Below are positions 1-9,714 of a stretch of 64,000 bases of DNA, one piece after another. A model generated the notes under the pieces. That model did not search any database. It was not told the DNA's origin and saw nothing but the letters and a program-made list of their open reading frames with translations. Source of the stretch: a candidate division FCPU426 bacterium (GTDB lineage: Bacteria > Oederibacteriota > Muellerivitia > Muellerivitales > Muellerivitaceae); contig CAVRAL010000001.1 of NCBI GenBank assembly GCA_963719085.1, forward strand, positions 448,001 through 512,000, read 5' to 3'. Position 1 is the first letter of the stretch; every line of letters starts with the position of its first letter. A program made the translations under genes and the position numbers.

Positions 1-655
1 CCGGACCCGGGGGCGCTTCGCTGGATTGAGGACGGATTCCGCAGGATCCGGCGACCCGCCGCCTCCTTGGTTCAAAAGCCAGCATGCCTATATTTCGGAG
101 TTTTACGATGTCGCGCGCCATCCGGCAATTGTCGGACGGGTGGCGTCACTGCTGGGGCCGGATATCCTGGCTTGGTCCTTTACGATCAATTCTTATTTTC
201 CGGGTAAGGTACATCCTTGGCATGTTGACGTAGAACATCTTCGTTGGCCGGGTGTGAGTGTCTTTTTGGGACTTCGGAACATCACGATAAAGTCCACTCT
301 GAAGGTCATCAGCGGATCTCAACGCATTCGTCAATTGCCCGAGGAGTTTGGGGTGGTCGACGATGAATCAGCTTTGGCCGCTTGTTTGAAATTCGTACCG
401 GACGCCGAATTGGTGCGAGTGCCGATCAGGGAAGGCGAGTTTTTTATTTTCGATGGTCCAATTTGGCACGGATCCCAGAATATGAGTTTTAAACTGAGGT
501 CCGCCGCGATCATCCAATATTGCCGGCCGGATCAAAAGATCACGGCGCCGATTAATTATGGCCGTTCGGTTCAATGGCATCCTGTGCCCCCGCCCTGTAT
601 TTTGGTGAGGGGAGAGGACCGTTGGGGGATCAACCGGCTAGTGGGAAGGCCTTAG
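1..655 (+). CDS. Phytanoyl-CoA dioxygenase (PhyH)-family Fe(II)/2OG oxygenase, probably 5'-truncated by the window
   Basis: HxD motif (PWHVD), distal His in WHGS followed by R; frame is open back to the window edge. Confidence 0.75.
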   Translation, partial: RTRGRFAGLRTDSAGSGDPPPPWFKSQHAYISEFYDVARHPAIVGRVASLLGPDILAWSFTINSYFPGKVHPWHVDVEHLRWPGVSVFLGLRNITIKSTLKVISGSQRIRQLPEEFGVVDDESALAACLKFVPDAELVRVPIREGEFFIFDGPIWHGSQNMSFKLRSAAIIQYCRPDQKITAPINYGRSVQWHPVPPPCILVRGEDRWGINRLVGRP

Positions 656-667
656 GCGTTGGGGAAT

Positions 668-695
668 AAAAAAGCCGCCGGCAAAGTCCGGCGGC
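668..695 (-). terminator. Intrinsic terminator for the - strand gene 721-1029
   Basis: gccgccgg-caaagt-ccggcggc hairpin (674-695) with A6 at 668-673 (U-tract on - strand), between convergent genes. Confidence 0.7.
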
Positions 696-720
696 GGGAA
701 CCGGTTTAATTTAAAAGGGA

Positions 721-1029
721 CTATTGGGAATCGGCGTACGCGTCGGCTTGTGCTAATTCATCCAAGGCGTGGTTGATGGCCGCGATGGCCTGCATCTTAT
801 GACCGCCGAAGTCGTGGCCCGCGGACCAAAGCAGGTGTTTGGATTCCCGTAATTTATTCGCGGCCCGGAAGATCAGGGGATGGTGATGGCCTCTGAAGTG
901 AAAATGAGCCTCGTCGTCATCACCAACATTGGCCATAAAGGTGATGTTGTCCGCATGGATGACGGCGGGCAAAGCCAAGGTGAGCCCGAGGGCAACTACT
1001 CCCGTAAACTTTCTAAAATTTTTCCACAT
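721..1029 (-). CDS. Small secreted His-rich helical protein (102 aa)
   Basis: GGAGG RBS before ATG at 1029; signal peptide MWKNFRKFTGVVALGLTLALPAVIHA; HFHFRGHHHP and HDFGGH motifs. Confidence 0.75.
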   Translation of the reverse strand: MWKNFRKFTGVVALGLTLALPAVIHADNITFMANVGDDDEAHFHFRGHHHPLIFRAANKLRESKHLLWSAGHDFGGHKMQAIAAINHALDELAQADAYADSQ

Positions 1030-1198
1030 CTGAAGCCTCCTGGATGAACGATTAATTTGTCCACGACTGGGTTTATTATACGGAAGACCTTTTTGAGGGG
1101 AGTGAAAGTTTTCTCCCCGGGACGACTTTGGTCGAAAAGTTGCCCCCCTCCAGGGGAAGGTTGAAGTAAACTGTCGCCTCGAATGGAAAAGGAAACGC

Positions 1199-2104
1199 AT
1201 GCTTAAACTGATTCCGGTCTTTGGGTTGGCCCTGGTTTTTGTCTTGGGCGTTTGGACCGTGGGGCTGGCCGACGCGCCGTCCCCTGGGGCCGCCGGAATT
1301 TCAGGCCAAGCGGAGGGGCCTCTGGTTTTTTCCCTGGTTCGCCCCCTTTTTAAACCCTTGCTCGGGGATCCCCGGGAACCCTCCCTTGGAATGACTTCTT
1401 ATTTAAATGAAAAGGGCTACGAATATTCGTTTGGCGGCGCGCTTGATTTCGCGCGTTGGCGGTCCGCCCCGGATATGGAATGGGGCATGGGGCTATTCGC
1501 CGGTCTTTGGACCTTGAGCGAAAATCCCGATGGGTCCACCCTGTTGGTGGATGATTGGTTCACGGGACTTTACTTGAGCGAAAAAACCGGGCCTTTTTCT
1601 TTCCGACTTGAATTCCAAGACCAAAAATCGGATCCGGGCGACGCACTGCCGAAACCGTTGGCCCCTTTTTATCCCTTCGACCCGAGCCATCCCGATGCTT
1701 CCCGATATTATTTCACCCGGGACAACCAAAACCTCACCGTTTCCTTGGACGCCTTACGGGGCTTAAGACTTTACGCCGGAGGGGGGTTCAAAACCTGGTG
1801 GGACGATTTCGATCCTTTTGAGAGCCAGATTTTCCTCTTCGGTGGATTGGAAGCTGAGTCGTCCACTTTTGATTTTTTGGGTTCGGCCTGCCGGGGATAC
1901 GGAACCTATCACTTCAAATACCAGGATCAGGCGGGGGGAACCTATGACCACGCGATCCAACTGGGATTACGGTGGGCGCCCGCGTCGGACCGGGGAAGCG
2001 CTTTGCGTTTCGCCTTGATGTTTTACAGCGGCCATTCGGAATTCGGCCAATTTTATCAAAAGAGCGACCAGCATTGGGGGCTCGGACTTTTTTTCGATCC
2101 CTAA
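1199..2104 (+). CDS. DUF1207-like secreted/outer-membrane beta-barrel protein, paralog 1
   Basis: Signal peptide; FKPLLGDPREP motif; alternating aromatic beta strands; C-terminal YSGHSEFGQF...WGLGLFFDP. Confidence 0.6.
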   Translation: MLKLIPVFGLALVFVLGVWTVGLADAPSPGAAGISGQAEGPLVFSLVRPLFKPLLGDPREPSLGMTSYLNEKGYEYSFGGALDFARWRSAPDMEWGMGLFAGLWTLSENPDGSTLLVDDWFTGLYLSEKTGPFSFRLEFQDQKSDPGDALPKPLAPFYPFDPSHPDASRYYFTRDNQNLTVSLDALRGLRLYAGGGFKTWWDDFDPFESQIFLFGGLEAESSTFDFLGSACRGYGTYHFKYQDQAGGTYDHAIQLGLRWAPASDRGSALRFALMFYSGHSEFGQFYQKSDQHWGLGLFFDP

Positions 2105-2155
2105 TCGCTGAAAAGACGGCGGTGGAACCAGTGGCGGCTATTCAAAGGAAACGGA

Positions 2156-2992
2156 ATGCGTGAATTTTTAAAAACCCTTATTTTAATCCTCGTCCTGGGC
2201 GCGCTCGGGCCCGCGGCGGCTTGGGCGCAGGAAATCCCGGCGGTTTTCCTTCCGGCCGGTCATGTGTTCGCCCCGCTTTTGGCCGACCCGAGGGAGCCCG
2301 CGAACGAAATCGCCGTCCATCAGGATTTGAAATACTTTGACGGTGAGCTCGGCGGAACCTTGGATCTCATTCGTTGGACTCCCTGGGATAAAAGCATTTG
2401 GGGCTGGGGGTTTTCAGGCGCCGGCTTTCTTTCCCTCTTGAATAATTCCTCGCACAACGCGGGTCAAAGCTTCCGTTTGGTGGATATCGATCTGGAACTG
2501 GGGACCTATGTGAGCGAGTCCTGCGGATTATTCTCCAACCGCCTTGAAGTGGTCCAGCAGTCTTCGCATTTGGGGGACGCTTTCAGTTCTTTACAGCCGG
2601 TGCCGGCTGACCGGGAAGGCTGGAAATTTACCGACGCCTGGCAGGCTTCCGGTTCTTTGCGCTTGATCGCCGGGGCGGGCGGTTGGTTTTCGGCCAAGCC
2701 TTCGGCCCCGCCGGTTTTCGCCCAACTGGGAGCGGAACTCGGATCGGCTTACGCTCCCTGGGATTCCAACCTGCTTTTTCGGGGTTATCTGGCCTATGAC
2801 CTGAAAATGGGGGCGGAGGCGAGTGGGGATTTGGATCAAAATTTTGAGGCGGGATTCCAATGGAAAGGCTTGGCGGAAGGCTCTCCCGGATTTCGCTTCG
2901 CGGTTCTTTATTACAACGGCGATAATCTTTCTGGGCAGTTCAACGGCCAAAGGGACAACCATTGGAGCTTCGGCTTTTTCGTGGACCCTTGA
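2156..2992 (+). CDS. DUF1207-like secreted/outer-membrane beta-barrel protein, paralog 2
   Basis: Signal peptide ending AWA; FAPLLADPREP; SSHLGD; C-terminal YNGDNLSGQF...WSFGFFVDP aligns with paralog 1. Confidence 0.6.
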   Translation: MREFLKTLILILVLGALGPAAAWAQEIPAVFLPAGHVFAPLLADPREPANEIAVHQDLKYFDGELGGTLDLIRWTPWDKSIWGWGFSGAGFLSLLNNSSHNAGQSFRLVDIDLELGTYVSESCGLFSNRLEVVQQSSHLGDAFSSLQPVPADREGWKFTDAWQASGSLRLIAGAGGWFSAKPSAPPVFAQLGAELGSAYAPWDSNLLFRGYLAYDLKMGAEASGDLDQNFEAGFQWKGLAEGSPGFRFAVLYYNGDNLSGQFNGQRDNHWSFGFFVDP

Positions 2993-3018
2993 GCGAAATC
3001 CCTCGGGGATGGGTTTAT

Positions 3019-3047
3019 TTGACCCGGCGGGTCAAGTTGAATAACAT
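3019..3047 (+). promoter_or_regulatory. Putative sigma70 promoter of gmd with overlapping palindrome
   Basis: TTGACC-17nt-TAACAT; ttgaccc-ggc-gggtcaa inverted repeat (3019-3035) covers the -35. Confidence 0.4.
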
Positions 3048-3086
3048 GGTTTCGCGCGACATCAATCGGCTCTAACAAGGAAACGC

Positions 3087-4097
3087 ATGAAAATCAAAAA
3101 AGCCTTCATCACGGGCATTACGGGTCAGGATGGATCTTGGCTGGCGGATTTTCTCTTGGAAAAAGGCTACGAGGTCCATGGATTGGTGCGCCGCTCCTCG
3201 TCCTTCAATACGGACCGGGTGAACCATATTTATCAAGATCCGCATGACAAGGGCCGACGATTCTTTTTGCATTATGGCGATTTGACCGACTCCTCGGGAC
3301 TTTTCAAGCTTTTACATAAAACCCAACCGGATGAAATTTATAACCTGGGCGCCATGAGCCATGTGCGGGTTTCCTTCGACCAACCCGAATATACCGGGGA
3401 AGTGACGGGGGTGGGGACCATCAAGCTTTTGGAAGCCGCTCGTTCGGCCTGCCCCCGGGCCCGCTTCTACCAGGCCAGCAGTTCGGAGCTTTACGGCGGG
3501 ATCGATTGCCCCAAGGCCGGTTATAACGAGAAAAGCCCCTTTTACCCCCGGAGCCCCTACGGCGTGGCCAAGCTTTATTCCTTTTGGTCGGCCAAAAATT
3601 ACCGGGAAGCCTATGGCCTGCATATTTCCAACGGCATCCTTTTCAACCACGAGAGCGAACGGCGGGGCGAGACCTTCGTCACCCGCAAAATCACCCGGGC
3701 CCTGGGCCGTATCAAGCTGGGCCTTCAAAAAGAGCTCTACCTCGGCAATCTGGACGCCCACCGGGATTGGGGGGACGCGAAAGAATTCGTGCGGGCCATG
3801 TGGCTCATGCTTCAGCAGAAAAAGGCGGATGATTATGTCATCGCCACGGGCAAGACCTATACGGTCCGTCATTTCCTGGAAACGGCTTTCGGCTACGCCG
3901 GGCTTGATTATAAAAAGCACGTCAAATTCGACGCCCGCTACTTGCGGCCTTCCGAGGTGGATTACTTGAAAGGCGATTCATCCAAGGCCCGCCGGGTGAT
4001 GGGGTGGAAACACGAGACATCCTTTGAGTCATTGGTCAAACGCATGGTGGACCATGATTTGGAAATGGCCCGCCGGGAAAAGAAAAGGGATTCTTGA
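3087..4097 (+). CDS. gmd: GDP-mannose 4,6-dehydratase
   Basis: [44 protein letters not shown] signatures. Confidence 0.97.
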   Translation: MKIKKAFITGITGQDGSWLADFLLEKGYEVHGLVRRSSSFNTDRVNHIYQDPHDKGRRFFLHYGDLTDSSGLFKLLHKTQPDEIYNLGAMSHVRVSFDQPEYTGEVTGVGTIKLLEAARSACPRARFYQASSSELYGGIDCPKAGYNEKSPFYPRSPYGVAKLYSFWSAKNYREAYGLHISNGILFNHESERRGETFVTRKITRALGRIKLGLQKELYLGNLDAHRDWGDAKEFVRAMWLMLQQKKADDYVIATGKTYTVRHFLETAFGYAGLDYKKHVKFDARYLRPSEVDYLKGDSSKARRVMGWKHETSFESLVKRMVDHDLEMARREKKRDS

Positions 4098-4098
4098 T

Positions 4099-5031
4099 TT
4101 GAAACTCTTCATCGCGGGACACAAGGGGATGGTGGGCTCGGCCCTGGTCCGGCATTTTAAGGGCGCGGTTGGAACCGATCTGGTTCTGCGGGACCGGTCG
4201 GAGCTTGACCTTCTGAACCAGCGGGCGGTCTTTGATTTTTTTCAAAAAGAAAAACCCGACCAGGTGATCCTGGCGGCGGCCAAGGTGGGCGGCATCCTGG
4301 CCAACGACACCTATCCCGCGGATTTTCTTTACCAGAATCTGGCCTTGACCACCCATTGCGTCGAGGGCGCTTACCGGGCGGGCGTGAAGCGGTTGCTTTT
4401 TCTCGGCAGTTCCTGCATCTATCCCAAACTGGCGCCCCAGCCCATGCCCGAGGGGAGTCTTTTAACCGGACCCCTGGAATCGACCAACGAAGCCTACGCG
4501 GTCGCCAAGATCGCCGGGCTCAAACTTTGCCAATATTATCGAAAACAGTACGGCGTGCGGTTCCATTCGGCCATGCCCACCAACCTCTATGGGCCGGGGG
4601 ACAATTATGATCCGCGGAATTCCCATGTGCTTCCCGCGCTGATCCGCAAGTTTGACGAGGCGAAAGGGTCCGGCGGTCCGGTGGTTTTGTGGGGAACGGG
4701 CTCCCCCAAGCGCGAATTTTTGCACGTGGATGACCTGGCCGCCGCCTGTGATTTTCTTTTGAACATCCAGGACCCGCCCGATTGGGTGAATGTGGGGATC
4801 GGCGAGGATATTTCAATTAAAGAATTGGCGGATCGGGTGGCGGAAGCGGTCGGCTACCGGGGAAAAATCGAGTGGGACTCCACGAAGCCGGATGGAACCC
4901 CCCGAAAGTTGATGGATGTTTCCCGCCTGAAAGCCGCCGGCTGGAAAGCCCGGATTCCGTTCCGCGAGGGCCTCCATAAAACCTATCAAAACTACCTGGA
5001 AGAAAAGGCCGCGGGCCGATTGAGGGCCTGA
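4099..5031 (+). CDS. fcl: GDP-L-fucose synthase (TTG start inferred)
   Basis: [43 protein letters not shown]; directly follows gmd. Confidence 0.95.
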   Translation: MKLFIAGHKGMVGSALVRHFKGAVGTDLVLRDRSELDLLNQRAVFDFFQKEKPDQVILAAAKVGGILANDTYPADFLYQNLALTTHCVEGAYRAGVKRLLFLGSSCIYPKLAPQPMPEGSLLTGPLESTNEAYAVAKIAGLKLCQYYRKQYGVRFHSAMPTNLYGPGDNYDPRNSHVLPALIRKFDEAKGSGGPVVLWGTGSPKREFLHVDDLAAACDFLLNIQDPPDWVNVGIGEDISIKELADRVAEAVGYRGKIEWDSTKPDGTPRKLMDVSRLKAAGWKARIPFREGLHKTYQNYLEEKAAGRLRA

Positions 5032-5093
5032 ATTTTCGGGTTTTAATTTTATGGATCGGGTGGAAAACCGGCCGCCTCCTGTTGGGATTGAAA

Positions 5094-5678
5094 ATGAAGA
5101 TTGAAAAAGTTTGGGTGTTGGTTGTTTTGATGGCGGTTCCCCAATGGCTTTGGGCTCAGACGGAAGGTTTCGCCCTTTCCTTCGGCGGAGCGGCCTCCAT
5201 GGCCTATACCTCGATTCCCTTGAAACCCAACGGCGGTTTTGGGCTTTCCGGCGATTTGGAATATGATTGTTTAGATGGCTTCGGCGCCGGTTTGGACATT
5301 GGACTGGTGGAATATATCGCCCCGACCGGGCAGGCGGACATGAAGAGCGCTTGGGCCGACCTGACGGCCCGTTTGTTTCCTTTTCCGGCTTCCGGTTTGG
5401 GCCGCCCTTATTGGCGGATGGGGTTTGGTTTTTCCCCTTTTGTGGCGGGCCTCTTCGGGGATTATTGGCCCAACTACGCCGCCGCCCAATTGGGTGGTCC
5501 GGCTTCTTCCGCGGCGATTTACTGGAACGCCCAAACCTCAATCGGCTATCGTTTTTTTCTCAGTCAAAACTGGGCCCTGGACACGGAAGCTCAATACAAT
5601 CTTTTCTGGCCGCCCGCGGCGCCGCTGCTTCAAACCTTAAGTCTTCAAACACGGTTGGTTTTGTTTTTGGGAAAATAA
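5094..5678 (+). CDS. Secreted hypothetical protein, possible small outer-membrane beta-barrel
   Basis: Signal peptide ending WLWA; amphipathic Gly/aromatic strands (GYRFFLSQNWALDTEAQYN). Confidence 0.5.
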   Translation: MKIEKVWVLVVLMAVPQWLWAQTEGFALSFGGAASMAYTSIPLKPNGGFGLSGDLEYDCLDGFGAGLDIGLVEYIAPTGQADMKSAWADLTARLFPFPASGLGRPYWRMGFGFSPFVAGLFGDYWPNYAAAQLGGPASSAAIYWNAQTSIGYRFFLSQNWALDTEAQYNLFWPPAAPLLQTLSLQTRLVLFLGK

Positions 5679-5691
5679 AAATTCAAGCAGG

Positions 5692-7185
5692 TTAGGGTTT
5701 TTGGGCTAGAAGCAAGGGGCTTGGGGCGGCGGCCGGAGCCTCCGGGCGAAGCGCCACGGTCGGTTTTTTCGCGGGGACGATGCCCCTCTGACAAGGGACG
5801 ATGCCCCCCTGACGGGGGACGATGCCGTACTTTTTCTTGGTGGCCATGATCCGTCCGTAAGCCACGTCGATGGTTTTCATCGGAACCTTTCCCGTTTCCA
5901 CGGCCAGGACTAAAGCGTCCATGACCCGCCGCTCCAAATTATCCGTCACCAGCAGCACATCCACCCCCGCGTTCACCGCCTGCACCACGGACACGTTCAA
6001 GGGATAATATTGTTTGATGGCGTCCATCCGCAGGTCGTCCGAAATAACCAGCCCCTGGTAGCCCAATTGCCGCCTCAAAAGGGTCTGGATCATCTCGCTG
6101 GAGAGGGAAGCCGGAAAGTAGGGATCCACATTCTTATAAATCACGTGGGACAGCATGATGGCGTCCAGGCCATGGTCGGCGATGAGCGCCCGGTAGGGGA
6201 GCATGTCCTTTTGTTCCAATTCCTGGAGCGGCACATCGGCCACGGCGATTTGCTCATGGGGATTGGAACTGGATTCGGTCTCGCTGGGGAAGTGCTTGGC
6301 CGTGGCGATGATGTTCTCATCCCGCATGCCCCGCACGATCTGCCGGGCCAGGCTGGCCACGAGCACCGGGTCGCTGCCCAAGGACCTTCGATATTTGGCG
6401 ATAATGCTGTCGCCCGCGCCATGGTCCAGATCCACCACGGGGGCCAGGTTGAGGTTGGCCCCGACCTCCCGCAATTGGCGGCCGCTTAACAGCCCGAACC
6501 GGTAGGCCAAGTCCGGGCTCCCGGTTTGGCCCAAGGCGGCCAGCGAGGGAAGCCGCTGAAAGCCCTGCGCTTCCTTCAACCGCCTGACCGCTCCGCCTTC
6601 CTGGTCCAAGGCCACAAAGAGGGGTGTGGGGGCGTTGCTTTGAAGCTGGGCGATATATCGCTTAAGCTGTTTTTTGGTTTGGATGTTCTGGCTGAAAAGA
6701 ATGACGCCGCCGATCCACCCGGCTTTCAAGAGGGCCTGTTTTTGGCGGTTGAGCTGGGTGCCAGGCACGCTGACCATGATCATCTGGCCGATTTTTTTCT
6801 GAAGCTGTTTTAAGGGAGCGCCCGTGAGATTGAGGACCACGCGGGGAGCGGCGCCTTGCCGCAGTTGGGTCAAAAAGGGCGGCAGACGCGAGGCGATTTG
6901 CGGGTCGAGCGCCATGGCTTTCGAGTAATAAAAAAAAGCGGCGTTGTCCTGGTCTTGCAGGTAGAAACAATGGCCGATTAAAAGCCAGGGAGCCGCGGTG
7001 TCCGGCGCGTTGGCCCCGGCCAAGAGGGCCCAGCGCTCCGCGGGAAAATACTGCTGGGTTTGGAAACAATTTCGGGCGGTCTCAAATTGCCGGGCGGCCA
7101 GGCTGTCCCGGCCGTTGAATAGTGGCGGCGGAACCGAGAAAAATAGGACGAAGGCCAAAAAAAACGCGGGTAGGGTCTTGCGCAT
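5692..7185 (-). CDS. nagZ: GH3 beta-N-acetylhexosaminidase (NagZ-like) with N-terminal signal/anchor and TPR
   Basis: GGVILF, DQEGG, NLAPVVD, KHFP, ISDDL motifs; TPR-like WLLIGHCFYLQ...YYSKAMALDP. Confidence 0.8.
   Translation of the reverse strand: MRKTLPAFFLAFVLFFSVPPPLFNGRDSLAARQFETARNCFQTQQYFPAERWALLAGANAPDTAAPWLLIGHCFYLQDQDNAAFFYYSKAMALDPQIASRLPPFLTQLRQGAAPRVVLNLTGAPLKQLQKKIGQMIMVSVPGTQLNRQKQALLKAGWIGGVILFSQNIQTKKQLKRYIAQLQSNAPTPLFVALDQEGGAVRRLKEAQGFQRLPSLAALGQTGSPDLAYRFGLLSGRQLREVGANLNLAPVVDLDHGAGDSIIAKYRRSLGSDPVLVASLARQIVRGMRDENIIATAKHFPSETESSSNPHEQIAVADVPLQELEQKDMLPYRALIADHGLDAIMLSHVIYKNVDPYFPASLSSEMIQTLLRRQLGYQGLVISDDLRMDAIKQYYPLNVSVVQAVNAGVDVLLVTDNLERRVMDALVLAVETGKVPMKTIDVAYGRIMATKKKYGIVPRQGGIVPCQRGIVPAKKPTVALRPEAPAAAPSPLLLAQKP
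5774..5826. repeat. 21-bp tandem repeat (2.5 copies) in the nagZ 3' end, encoding GIVP x3
   Basis: gggacgatgcc at 5774, 5795, 5816. Confidence 0.85.
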
Positions 7186-7251
7186 GGGGGGAATTCTAAC
7201 AAAGAAAAAGAAAGGGCGGCCAAACAAAAGCTTTTCGCCGGGTCCGCCGGC

Positions 7252-7821
7252 TTGAAACTAGTAGTTGATTCGGGTTCGGGCCCCAATTATCCTGAAACCC
7301 TCGAAGGCCATTCAAAGGAAACCGCCATTTTTCTTCGTTCCGTTCATTCCAGAGTTCTCGCGCTTTTGGTTTTCTCGCTGGGGGCGGCTCTTCTTCCCGG
7401 CTGCGTGGCGATCCGCCAAAGCCTGGATCGGGGCAGTCTTTTCGGGGAAGCGCCCGGCGATTTTAACACCGAACCCGGCGGCCCCGCGCCGGCCGGCGAT
7501 GATTGGAAAAGCCAAATGGAAGGCGTGGCTTCCTGGTATGGCGAGGAATTCAACGGCAGGCTCACCGCCAGCGGCGAGGTTTACGACATGTACGCCATGA
7601 CGGCGGCCCACCGAACCCTGCCCCTGGGAACCATTGTCCGGGTGACCAACGAGGACAATGGAAAAACCGTGGAAGTGAAAGTGAACGACCGGGGGCCTTT
7701 CGTGAAGGACCGGATCATCGACCTGTCCAAGTCGGCCTGCCGGGCCTTGGATATGATGCAAAACGGCACCGCCCATGTGAAGCTGGATGTGGTGCGCTGG
7801 CCCCAGGTCGCTGATAAATAA
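7252..7821 (+). CDS. rlpA: RlpA-family septal lytic transglycosylase lipoprotein, no SPOR domain (start uncertain)
   Basis: Lipobox-like LLPGC; GVASWYG, TAAHRTLP, VNDRGPF, RIIDLS. Confidence 0.9.
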   Translation: MKLVVDSGSGPNYPETLEGHSKETAIFLRSVHSRVLALLVFSLGAALLPGCVAIRQSLDRGSLFGEAPGDFNTEPGGPAPAGDDWKSQMEGVASWYGEEFNGRLTASGEVYDMYAMTAAHRTLPLGTIVRVTNEDNGKTVEVKVNDRGPFVKDRIIDLSKSACRALDMMQNGTAHVKLDVVRWPQVADK

Positions 7822-7844
7822 GTTGAGATTTATAAAAAAACCGA

Positions 7845-7958
7845 TTTCACCGCCAAGGCGCCAAGTTCGCCAAGAGAAGCAAAAGATTTTAAGAGGTTTA
7901 AAAACATAAGGGTTTTATTCGGGTTGTTCTTGGCGAACTTGGCGTCTTGGCGGTAAAA
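7845..7958. repeat. Family A inverted-repeat intergenic element, copy A1
   Basis: tttcaccgccaaggcgccaagttcgccaaga ... tcttggcgaacttggcgtcttggcggtaaaa with AT-rich loop. Confidence 0.9.
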
Positions 7959-8000
7959 AGCCCCTATGTTTATAACCTTTAGGATGTTCTGAGGACTGAA

Positions 8001-8819
8001 ATGGAACCATTCTCGAAAAGACTCAAGGCCGCCGTGGAAAGAACCCATGGCTGTCTTTGCGTGGGACTGGACGTGGACTTGGCCAAGATGCCCAAGGACA
8101 TTCCGGCGGACGGGCATGGGGCTTTGCGGTTCTGCCGGTCCATCATTGAGGCGACCCGGCCCTTCGCGGCGGCTTATAAGGCGAACCTGGCTTTTTTCGA
8201 GTCGCTGGGCGCCCAAGGATTCGAGATCCTCGAGCTGTTGCGCCAGTCCATTCCTTACGACACCCTTTTCATCGCCGACGCCAAGCGGGGCGATATCGGC
8301 AATACTTCCGAAGCCTATGCCAAGTCCCTTTACGGCATCCTCAAATCCGATTCGACGACCCTTTCGCCTTATATGGGAAAGGACTCGGTGGAACCTTTCT
8401 TAAAATATCCAGGGACCTGTTCTTTTGTGCTTTGCTTGACCTCCAACCCTTCGGCGGAGGATTTTCAACTGCAAAGCCTTTCTTCCGGCGAGAAGCTCTA
8501 TGAAAGGGTGGCCAAAACCGCCCCTGGTTGGGCCAAAAACACGGCCGGTGAAATCGGGCTGGTCGTCGGGGCTACGAAAGCGGAATATGTGAAGTCCCTG
8601 CGGGCGCTGGCGCCGACCACCGCGTTTCTGGTGCCCGGAGTCGGGGCCCAGGGCGGGGATTTGGACGCCGTATTAAAAGAAGGTCGCGCCCAAGATGGCG
8701 CCGGAATCTTGGTGAATGTTTCCCGCTCGATCCTCTATGCTTCTTCCGGAACCGATTACGCGGAAGCCGCGCGGGCGGAAGCCCAAAGGCTGGTGGGCGA
8801 GATGAAGGCATATTTTTAA
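8001..8819 (+). CDS. pyrF: Orotidine-5'-phosphate decarboxylase
   Basis: LCVGLD, DAKRGDIGNT, PYMGKD, TSNP, LVPGVGAQGG, VSRSI. Confidence 0.95.
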   Translation: MEPFSKRLKAAVERTHGCLCVGLDVDLAKMPKDIPADGHGALRFCRSIIEATRPFAAAYKANLAFFESLGAQGFEILELLRQSIPYDTLFIADAKRGDIGNTSEAYAKSLYGILKSDSTTLSPYMGKDSVEPFLKYPGTCSFVLCLTSNPSAEDFQLQSLSSGEKLYERVAKTAPGWAKNTAGEIGLVVGATKAEYVKSLRALAPTTAFLVPGVGAQGGDLDAVLKEGRAQDGAGILVNVSRSILYASSGTDYAEAARAEAQRLVGEMKAYF

Positions 8820-8837
8820 CTGAAGACAAGGGATTGA

Positions 8838-8937
8838 AACACGGAGTTACTCAGAGTGAACAGGGTAAGAATTCAGAGATCCAGCAAAAAAATAGTCTTA
8901 TCTTAAACTCTGCGTAACTCCGTGTAACTCTGTGGTT
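8838..8937. repeat. Family C inverted-repeat intergenic element (10-nt units)
   Basis: aacacggag ttactcagag ... ctctgcgtaa ctccgtgtaa ctctgtggtt; followed by an orphan family-A arm fragment ttcttggcggtgaaa (~8943-8956). Confidence 0.7.
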
Positions 8938-8975
8938 AACGTTCTTGGCGGTGAAAAGGTTTTCTGGAGGTTTTA

Positions 8976-9560
8976 ATGAATCAAGAAGAAGTTTTGAAAT
9001 ATTTCGAGGAAACCCACGCGCTTTTAAAAGGGCATTTCCGACTGTCCTCGGGACGGCACAGCGACCGTTACCTGCAGTGCGCCCTCGTGGTGCAATATCC
9101 TTGGATCGCGGAAAAGCTTTGCTCGGCTTTGGCCGAATTGGTCAAACCCTTGAAACCCCAAGCCGTTGTCTCACCCGCGTTGGGCGGCCTCATCGTGGGC
9201 CAGGAATTAGCCCGGGCGCTGAAGGTAAGGGCGATCTTCACCGAGCGAAACAAAGCCACCGACGCCATGGAATTGCGCCGGGGATTTTCCGTTGAAAAAG
9301 GGGAGCGCCTTTTCGCGGTCGAGGACGTCATAACGACCGGGGGATCGGTCAAGGAAACCATCGCGGTCACGCGGGGTCTGGGCGCCCAGGTGATGGGCGT
9401 GGGAAGCTTGATTGACCGCAGCGGCGGCGGAACGGATAAAACTTTTGACGTGCCGATGAAGGCGCTGGTGACCCTGGCGGTTGAGAGCTGGGAAGAGAAA
9501 GATTGCCCGCTTTGTAAGCAAGGGCTGCCCGTGGAAAAGCCGGGATCGAGAGCCAAGTAG
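8976..9560 (+). CDS. pyrE: Orotate phosphoribosyltransferase
   Basis: GHFRLSSGRHS, PRPP-binding VEDVITTGGS, KPGSR C-terminus. Confidence 0.95.
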   Translation: MNQEEVLKYFEETHALLKGHFRLSSGRHSDRYLQCALVVQYPWIAEKLCSALAELVKPLKPQAVVSPALGGLIVGQELARALKVRAIFTERNKATDAMELRRGFSVEKGERLFAVEDVITTGGSVKETIAVTRGLGAQVMGVGSLIDRSGGGTDKTFDVPMKALVTLAVESWEEKDCPLCKQGLPVEKPGSRAK

Positions 9561-9570
9561 GACAAAAAAT

Positions 9571-9691
9571 AGTTAGGCGTTAGAAGTTAGGGGCGCGAAG
9601 TTGAAAAACAAAATATCCTGAACCACTCGGTGAGCGCATGGTTCAGGATTTTAAAAACTACTAGCTCCACACTCCTAATTTCTAACCGCCT
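9571..9691. repeat. Family B heptamer inverted-repeat element, copy B1
   Basis: agttaggcgttagaagttagg ... ctccacactcctaatttctaac; inner hairpin atcctgaacca/tggttcaggat. Confidence 0.7.
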
Positions 9692-9714
9692 CAAAAGCGG
9701 TTCAAAGGAAAATT

